Source: Schmidtea polychroa (Eukaryota). Taken from it: 64,000 nt of DNA. Positions 57,453 to 64,000 of the stretch are shown here, piece after piece. Made by a program: the position numbers and the translations under genes. The stretch is taken from NCBI GenBank assembly GCA_044892525.1, contig CM097885.1:20896001-20960000 (forward strand), written 5' to 3'. A model generated the notes under the pieces. That model searched no databases. It saw only the letters and a program-made list of their open reading frames with translations, and had not been told where the DNA came from. Position 1 is the stretch's first letter, and each line of letters opens with the position of its first letter.

Positions 57453-58855
57453 TTAATAACATTTTTATATTTTTTTAATTAATATGAAATTTAAAAAAAC
57501 ATTTTAATATTAATTAAAATTAAATATTTGAAATTAAATCAAATCTTTACATTGTGATTTACACAAATAAATCTCAATAGATACTTGGAGGAAAACTCCG
57601 TAAACATTGCGAGATGTGTAAAAATACTCTAAAGATTTCTATAAATTATTTGTATTAAAAGAAGTATTTTGTAAAAACAATTCTTTTAAAGTAAAAATAA
57701 TTATCAAATAAAACTTTTAATTATTAGAAATCAAATTTTAAATTACAATAAAAAGTTTAATAAAATTTTATTAAATATATCGGTTTATTAAAATATAACT
57801 GAAATTAATTTAAAAAATAAGTTAAAATAAATACAGTAATTAACAATCGTATGTTGAATGTATGTATGAATATTTAAAAAGAAAAAAAAGAAAACCACCC
57901 AAGGGAATTGATCTACGAAGTACAAAGACAAGCTTTCATGCCAACAAAAGCACATTATTCCCGACGAATTGATAAAAGAATCAAACACCTATTGAGAAAA
58001 AGGAACTCAAACTAGGCCCTGGCACGAACAAGGAAACACTGAACGAAAGCGAAAACATTACAATGAACAAGGAAAGCAAAGAATTAGTAACCGACCTCAC
58101 AAATTCTTTATCCGATTGTGAAAAAGGATTACTTTCACTAGAACCAAAGTTCAGTATAAGCAGAGAAATAGATGACACAGCCATCCTCAATTTCAAGATA
58201 GTTCTTTGCTCATTGCGTACCAAATCAAATAGAACAATACGATACCTCAGGAAAATAACCAAGAAAAGCTCCCAGCATATACAAACGCAGACAAATTCTA
58301 TCATCAAAATCCTGATGCAGAATTAGATTCAACACTTTCAAAGGTTTGTCGCAAAATTTTTAAAATTAAAAAATATTTAAGCAAAAATAGTTAAATTGCG
58401 TTTATAAATAGTTATTGGAAATTATTTTATAAATATTTTAAGGTATTATTTATTAAAATAGGTTTCTAGGACCTAATTATAAAAGCTTTAAAAATTTAAA
58501 AATTTTACTTAGTGAGTTGTTTTGTATTTTAAAGGATATTTAAATAAAAAGAATTTTTTAATGTTAAATTCGTCAGAAAAAAAATATTATTATTTTTAAT
58601 CAATGATAAGTAAGAAAGGGAAATAAAAGAGAAGATCAAAGAGCGTTTTAGAAAATAGAAGAAGCTAAATCCCATGAAATTGAAAAGGGCTATCTTATAG
58701 TCGAAATTTTTTCATTTGTATTAAATATATTATTCGCAGCAAAAGGCTTAAATTATCATTTAATTGTTCTAAAATATTATTATTATTATTATTACTATTA
58801 CTATTATTACTATTACTATTATTACTATTACTATTATTACTATTACTATTGTTAC

Positions 58856-58934
<79 letters not shown>

Positions 58935-58966
58935 ATTATTATTAATATTATTATTATTATTATTAT

Positions 58967-59292
58967 TGTTTAATTCGATGTTCGGGTCTGTGTGCGCCTT
59001 TTACTATCCTTGTGTTGTTGGCTGTGGGCGCACACAGACGCATATAGTTGTGGGTGTTGTTTGGCTTTTTGTGTTCGCGTCTGTGTGCGCGGTCTGGTTA
59101 GACCGATTCTTGTGGGTGTGCGCACACAGATGCGAGAGAAATTAATGGTTGGTAAATTAAATTGATTTTGCTGGATTAATTGCTTTAAAAGGATTTTAGT
59201 GGAATTAAAAATGTTTTGGTGAAATTGTTTTACTGGGAGAAGTTTCGTTATTTGGTTCTAGAAGTTTTTTGTGATTATAATTGGAATTAACA
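58967..59292 (+). repeat. Putative 5' LTR (326 bp) of the BEL/Pao element
   Basis: Starts TGTTTAATTC right after the microsatellite and ends GAATTAACA (imperfect terminal inverted repeat, TG..CA). Followed by PBS-like tttgtttcgaaaccgga. The 3' LTR is not in the window. Confidence 0.7.
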
Positions 59293-59326
59293 ATTTGTTT
59301 CGAAACCGGACGTTGCCAATAATCAA

Positions 59327-59419
59327 ATGAATCCCGAATTGGAAGATGATACTTATACTGAACAATGCAGAAGCACAATTGGAGTTGACTTTAAAATCAG
59401 AACTATTGATTTAGATGGA
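59327..59419 (+). other. Captured Rab1 GTPase fragment (N-terminus plus switch I / beta2) at the polyprotein start
   Basis: [31 protein letters not shown] versus Rab1 MNPE...[25 protein letters not shown] (Rab1 sequence recalled from memory). Confidence 0.9.
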
Positions 59420-62400
59420 ATTATTGTTGTATATGCGAAAGGAAAAGTTCCCGATAAAATGATTGAGACGAGTTCAGCTACGAGATTGTTTAATATTACT
59501 GAAAGTACTGGAGGCGTTATGATTGGTATGATCCCTGATTGTCGATCTCAAGTATGTCGTGCACAAATGGAAGCAGCTCGATTTAGATATAAACATGGAT
59601 ATGAAATGCCTTGCGACAGGATATGGCGTTCTATGGCGGATATGGCTCAATTCCATTCCCAATCGGCACCAAGGCGGCCATTAGGATGTTCAATGATGGC
59701 GGTATCTTCGATTATAGACCTGGACAAATTGTTATCCAAAAATAAAATCATTGTTCGCGATATTGACTTTAAAAATGAACATGGTAGCAGAGCGTGGTTT
59801 CGGCTAGCCAGCCGGAACAAGGTAATTAATATGTATTATAAAATGTCTTTTTTGGTTTTATATATATTATGTAAATATTATGTTTATTATGTGTTTAATA
59901 ATATTTTTGTAATTAATAATATTTTGGTAATTAATATGTATTATAAAGAATCTTGTTTGTGGTCACGCATATTATGTATATATTATAATACTTTTGTAAA
60001 ATTAAACATCCTCCCTTCCCTACCGAGCGTGGGAAAGTGCTGCTATGGGCCCCAGCACTCTTTTAAAGGGGGAAGCCAGGGGAACAGGGTAAAGAACAGA
60101 GCTGAGTCAAGGGTGAGGGCGAGCGGGGTAATGGGTTTTGAGTTGCGATGGGAAAGTCAAATATTTGTCAAAACTCTTACTGGTAAGACAATTACTCTGG
60201 ACGTTAAATGGAAGGACACAATTGAAAAGATAAAAGGAAAAATCCAGGACAAAGAAGGAATTCCGGAAAATTATCAAATGTTAGTATACGCAGGAAAGCA
60301 GTTAGAAAATAAAAGAAGATTGAATGATTATAGGATACAAGTAAGGTCGACACTTCATTTGTCACTCAGGCTGTGCGGGGGCAATGACGAAGAGATTTTA
60401 GAAGAAGGACTGTGGAAAAAGAGAATGAAAAAAGGAAAATTAACGAGATTAAGAAACAAGATTCTCAATGATATAAATGGGAAGGATGTTAGCGAATGGT
60501 TGGCGGAATATGAAGATCAAAAGGAGAGTCTAGATGAAGAATTAGGGGATCTGAGAACAATCAGTAAAAAATTGCAAAGATTGGACATCACTGCAATCTT
60601 AGATAAAGACCTGCAAGAGATCGAGGAAAAACATCAAATAATTGGGGCATTGATGGAAAGAAAAGCAAATCAATCTTTTATGGAAGAGAAGGAAAATGTG
60701 AATGATGATACCATCAAGAAGAATAATTCCGGGCATAAAAGAAAACTGGAAAGTCTACAGAAAATTACAATCCCTGTTTTTGAAGGCAAGATGAAAGAGT
60801 ACGAACCATGGAAAGCAGCTTTTACTGCATGTGTTGACGAAGCGGAAGGTGATGAGGTTGAAAAGATGTTTCACCTGCACAAGTACCTTCACGGAGAGCC
60901 ATTAAAGTTAATTGAAAATCTTGGATATTCGGCAGAGGCTTATCAAATGGCAAAAGAGAAGTTGGATAGGCGATATGGTGGGGATGAAAGGATATATTTA
61001 TCAATGTTAGAGGAGATGGAACAGTTCAGGCCAATTCGAGAAGGAGATTTGAAGGATCTAGACTCATTTGTTGGATTATTAGAAACGGTCACCGTGCGAT
61101 TTAAATCCACTGGGAAAGAATCCGAGTTAAAGACTGGCTATCTTTTTCAAAAGTGTTTGGGCAAGTTAACGACGAATCTTGTGTATAAATGGAAAAAAGA
61201 CAAAATAGAAAAGGAATTGCGGGAGACGATAGAGGATTTGAGAAGATGGATACAACAAGAAGCGGAGATCCTAAGGTCCACTAACGAGGTTGTGTATGGG
61301 ACTAAACCAAGCACCAGGGCTTATGATGGGTCAAGAGTAGAAGGGGTGTCTAGGGGAAGAGAAAGATTCAATCCTGGAGGTCGGACGCATTTTACGGGGC
61401 AACCAGATGGCAGAGTTAAAAGTGGAACAGTTATACAGGTGAATAACTCTAACGGCTATAGATCAGAGTGTGTACACTGTGGTGGTCAACATTACCTAGA
61501 CCAATGTGACAAGTTCAAGCAACTCACAATTCCTAAAAGGAAGAAAGTCATCGAAGAAAAGAAACTGTGCAGGAATTGCTTTAAAAGAAATCACATGGCC
61601 AAGGAATGTCGTAAAGAATCTTTCTGCAAGGTTACCGGATGTAAGCAAAGGCACAACGAATTATTACATGAAAGACAAATTAGTGAGGAGAGCGAAAAAG
61701 GTAACAACACGATGCTGACCCAGAAAGGGATGAACGAGAAAAACCTAAGACCTTACCTTAGTTTAAGAACAATTCCAATCTACCTGGAAAATGGGAACAA
61801 GAAAATAAAAGTCAATGCACTGTTAGATGATGCAAGCTCAGTAAGCTACATCAATCTAAGAATTTTAAAGGAGCTTGGGTTAAAAGGGGTGGAAAAGAGG
61901 ACACCGATAGGGGTTATCGGAGGTAATGTCCAACAAATGATGGCTACTCCAGTGACCATGAAGTTAATTAGTAATGACGGCCGATTGACGAAAAACTTCA
62001 ACGCACTGGCCGTAACAAATATCACGGGAGAAATGAAGGTAGTAAATTGGGCCAGAGAAAAACATAAGTGGACTCACCTGAAGGGCATCCATTTTCCGAT
62101 GCTAGACGAGAGACAGGCAGTTGAAGTGTTAATTGGCGCGGATTATTTAACGCTTCAACGAGCACTCAAAGAAATCGATGGTAAGTTGGATGAACCGATT
62201 GCCCGTTTAACGCCACTTGGCTGGACATGTGTGGGAAGAACCTCGGTGGGAAGAACTTGGAACCATCAAAGCAATTTCATACGAACGTTCTTCGGTAATG
62301 GCGAGGATTTGCAACGACAGATGGAGCGATTTTGGGAAATTGATGATAGCGGCTTAAAGGAAAATATATTTGCAGCGAAAGACCAAGCGATTTATGAGAA

Positions 62401-64000
62401 AACCAAATCTGAGATGAAGAAAGTAGACGGACATTTCGAGGTAAAAGTGCCATGGAAAGAGTCACCAACAGCTTTGCCCAATAGTGAAAAAATGGCAGAA
62501 AGTCGACTGCGAAGTTTGGACAAGAGGCTTGAAAAGGAAGACTTACGAACTGAGTATCAGGATATTTTGAATGGTTACCTGAAAAAAGATTATATAAGTA
62601 TTGTAAAAGAGAAAATGATGCCTGGAGATTCGGAATGGATATTACCACACTTTCCCGTGGTTAGAAGAGATAAGGACACCACGAAAGTGCGTATTGTGTT
62701 TGATGCGGCAGCCAGGTGTAATGGGGTGGGACTTAATGATATGGTGGAAGTTGGCCCAAAATTACAAAATGAAGTTTTTGATATTTTAATTCGTTTTCGT
62801 CGATTTTCCGTAGCTGTTGTTTGTGATATAGCAGAAATGTATCTGCAAATAAGAATGGCTCTTGAAGACAGGAAATATCATCGGTTTTTATGGTCAACTG
62901 GGGGGAAAATTATTAAGTATGAGTTTAATCGGTTAGTGTTTGGTCTTAATGCATCTCCATTCCTTGCCCAGCTAGTCGCGCAAGAGAATGCAAAGAAATT
63001 TGAAAAGGACTACCCAAAAGTGACAGAATCTATTTGCAAGTCTACGTATATGGACGACACCATGGACTCTGTTGATTCTGAAGAAGAAGGAATGAGGCTG
63101 AAAGAGGGGCTAGAAACAGTTTGGGGCAATGCCGGAATGCGGCCTAGAAAATGGCTATCCAACTCGGAAAGAATTATGGCGACAATCCCAATTGAAGAAC
63201 GAGCTAAAACACTGAATATTGAAAAGGAAACGACAATGGCCGTCAAGACCCTAGGTTTGAAATGGTACTCGGAAGACGATGAATTTAGTTTTCAAGTAGA
63301 TCTGCCGAATGAGGAATGTTTATCGAAAAGAAAGGTATTGAGCATAGTGGCAAGAATCTTTGATCCATTGGGACTGTTAGGCCCATTCATAATCATAGGG
63401 AAAAAGATTATTCAGAAGTTGTGGTTGTCAGGGCTTGATTGGGACGAAAAGCTACCTCCAAAGTTGAATAAAGAAATACACAAGTGGGTAGAGGACACAA
63501 ATAATCTCGGAGATCTGCGAATTGCGAGATGTTTAAGGACTCAAATGAAAAATGAATGGCAATTACATGTCTTCTCCGATGCGTCAAGCACCGCATATGG
63601 GTCAGCTATATATCTACGGGAAGAAACTATGGTGGGACCTAAAAGTGTGTTAATTGCGTCAAGGGCAAAGGTAGCTCCAGTGCAAATTATAAGTATACCA
63701 AGGTTGGAATTAATGGCCGCGTGTACTGGAGTTAAATTAGCAATACGGGTTTCAGAAGTGCTCGGGAAACCGATGAGTGAGATATGGTTCTGGTCCGATA
63801 GTAAAGACGTAATACATTGGGTTCGAAATTATTCGAGACTATTCAAGCCATTCGCAGCTAATCGAATTGGGTTCATTCAAGAAATGACCAAACCTGGGCA
63901 ACGGCATTATGTTCCAACAAGTGAAAATCCATCGGATTTGATCACAAGAGGATTATCGGCATCGGATTTGATAAACAGCACCATGTGGTGGGAGGGACCG
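59327..64000 (+). CDS. BEL/Pao polyprotein, at least 1558 aa and open at the window end: Rab1 fragment, proteasome alpha-6 fragment, hydrophobic linker, ubiquitin, Gag, protease, RT, RNase H
   Basis: ATG at 59327 after an in-frame TAA at 59288. No stop seen in hand translation, and the track lists no stop-terminated ORF in this frame. Motifs: [11 protein letters not shown]...W..F (Gag, ~60755); [13 protein letters not shown] / [14 protein letters not shown] / [15 protein letters not shown] (~61470-61670); [12 protein letters not shown] (protease, ~61817); [27 protein letters not shown] (63047-63058); [21 protein letters not shown] (RNase H). Confidence 0.93.
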   Translation, partial: MNPELEDDTYTEQCRSTIGVDFKIRTIDLDGIIVVYAKGKVPDKMIETSSATRLFNITESTGGVMIGMIPDCRSQVCRAQMEAARFRYKHGYEMPCDRIWRSMADMAQFHSQSAPRRPLGCSMMAVSSIIDLDKLLSKNKIIVRDIDFKNEHGSRAWFRLASRNKVINMYYKMSFLVLYILCKYYVYYVFNNIFVINNILVINMYYKESCLWSRILCIYYNTFVKLNILPSLPSVGKCCYGPQHSFKGGSQGNRVKNRAESRVRASGVMGFELRWESQIFVKTLTGKTITLDVKWKDTIEKIKGKIQDKEGIPENYQMLVYAGKQLENKRRLNDYRIQVRSTLHLSLRLCGGNDEEILEEGLWKKRMKKGKLTRLRNKILNDINGKDVSEWLAEYEDQKESLDEELGDLRTISKKLQRLDITAILDKDLQEIEEKHQIIGALMERKANQSFMEEKENVNDDTIKKNNSGHKRKLESLQKITIPVFEGKMKEYEPWKAAFTACVDEAEGDEVEKMFHLHKYLHGEPLKLIENLGYSAEAYQMAKEKLDRRYGGDERIYLSMLEEMEQFRPIREGDLKDLDSFVGLLETVTVRFKSTGKESELKTGYLFQKCLGKLTTNLVYKWKKDKIEKELRETIEDLRRWIQQEAEILRSTNEVVYGTKPSTRAYDGSRVEGVSRGRERFNPGGRTHFTGQPDGRVKSGTVIQVNNSNGYRSECVHCGGQHYLDQCDKFKQLTIPKRKKVIEEKKLCRNCFKRNHMAKECRKESFCKVTGCKQRHNELLHERQISEESEKGNNTMLTQKGMNEKNLRPYLSLRTIPIYLENGNKKIKVNALLDDASSVSYINLRILKELGLKGVEKRTPIGVIGGNVQQMMATPVTMKLISNDGRLTKNFNALAVTNITGEMKVVNWAREKHKWTHLKGIHFPMLDERQAVEVLIGADYLTLQRALKEIDGKLDEPIARLTPLGWTCVGRTSVGRTWNHQSNFIRTFFGNGEDLQRQMERFWEIDDSGLKENIFAAKDQAIYEKTKSEMKKVDGHFEVKVPWKESPTALPNSEKMAESRLRSLDKRLEKEDLRTEYQDILNGYLKKDYISIVKEKMMPGDSEWILPHFPVVRRDKDTTKVRIVFDAAARCNGVGLNDMVEVGPKLQNEVFDILIRFRRFSVAVVCDIAEMYLQIRMALEDRKYHRFLWSTGGKIIKYEFNRLVFGLNASPFLAQLVAQENAKKFEKDYPKVTESICKSTYMDDTMDSVDSEEEGMRLKEGLETVWGNAGMRPRKWLSNSERIMATIPIEERAKTLNIEKETTMAVKTLGLKWYSEDDEFSFQVDLPNEECLSKRKVLSIVARIFDPLGLLGPFIIIGKKIIQKLWLSGLDWDEKLPPKLNKEIHKWVEDTNNLGDLRIARCLRTQMKNEWQLHVFSDASSTAYGSAIYLREETMVGPKSVLIASRAKVAPVQIISIPRLELMAACTGVKLAIRVSEVLGKPMSEIWFWSDSKDVIHWVRNYSRLFKPFAANRIGFIQEMTKPGQRHYVPTSENPSDLITRGLSASDLINSTMWWEGP
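59420..59707 (+). other. Captured proteasome subunit alpha type-6 (PSMA6/alpha1-like) internal fragment
   Basis: [84 protein letters not shown] aligns without gaps to PSMA6 [84 protein letters not shown] (recalled from memory). Confidence 0.92.
60155..60382 (+). other. Complete 76-aa ubiquitin-derived domain immediately upstream of Gag
   Basis: [76 protein letters not shown]; 53/76 identical to canonical ubiquitin by my hand count, no gaps, terminal GG kept. Confidence 0.96.

Larger units (their letters stand above)
58967..64000 (+). mobile_element. BEL/Pao LTR retrotransposon, 5' part (runs off the window)
   Basis: LTR-like 5' segment followed by one long ORF with BEL Gag, three Cys/His knuckles, protease, RT and RNase H in BEL order. 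Confidence 0.95.

Noticed and set aside
57880..58345. Coding-like A-rich patch with ORFs 58063..58326(+) and 57981..58307(-)
   Set aside because: In-frame stops just upstream, no clear splice acceptor and no recognisable domain; probably a decayed gene or element fragment.
59327..60382. Reading the Rab1, proteasome and ubiquitin matches as separate host genes or processed pseudogenes
   Set aside because: They lie between the LTR/PBS and Gag, are partial or lack their own start and stop, and share one frame with Gag-Pol, so they are part of the element.

Overview
Very AT-rich eukaryotic (animal) genomic DNA dense in (AAT)n and (TA)n microsatellites. A planarian-like flatworm is a guess from composition only. 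Most short ORFs in the supplied track are microsatellite artefacts. About 2.4-45.0 kb (+) holds a multi-exon ROR-family receptor tyrosine kinase gene (Ig, 10-Cys Frizzled-like CRD, Kringle, TM, kinase with DIG in place of DFG). I assembled ten phase-compatible exons by hand; the signal-peptide exon was not found. Its introns carry three insertions of one Penelope-like element (PLE) family, each built from two outward-facing inverted arms ending in a minimal hammerhead ribozyme motif, plus older PLE debris. The window also holds several MITEs (TTAA, TA and 8-bp target duplications) and a hAT remnant. The standout is 58967-64000, a BEL/Pao LTR retrotransposon. Its single ORF starts at 59327 and is still open at the window edge, so it is missing from the ORF track. 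It begins with a ~350-aa leader built from captured host genes: a Rab1 N-terminus/switch-I fragment, ~95 aa of proteasome subunit alpha type-6, a hydrophobic linker and a full ubiquitin unit ending in GG. The leader is fused in frame to Gag-PR-RT-RNase H.
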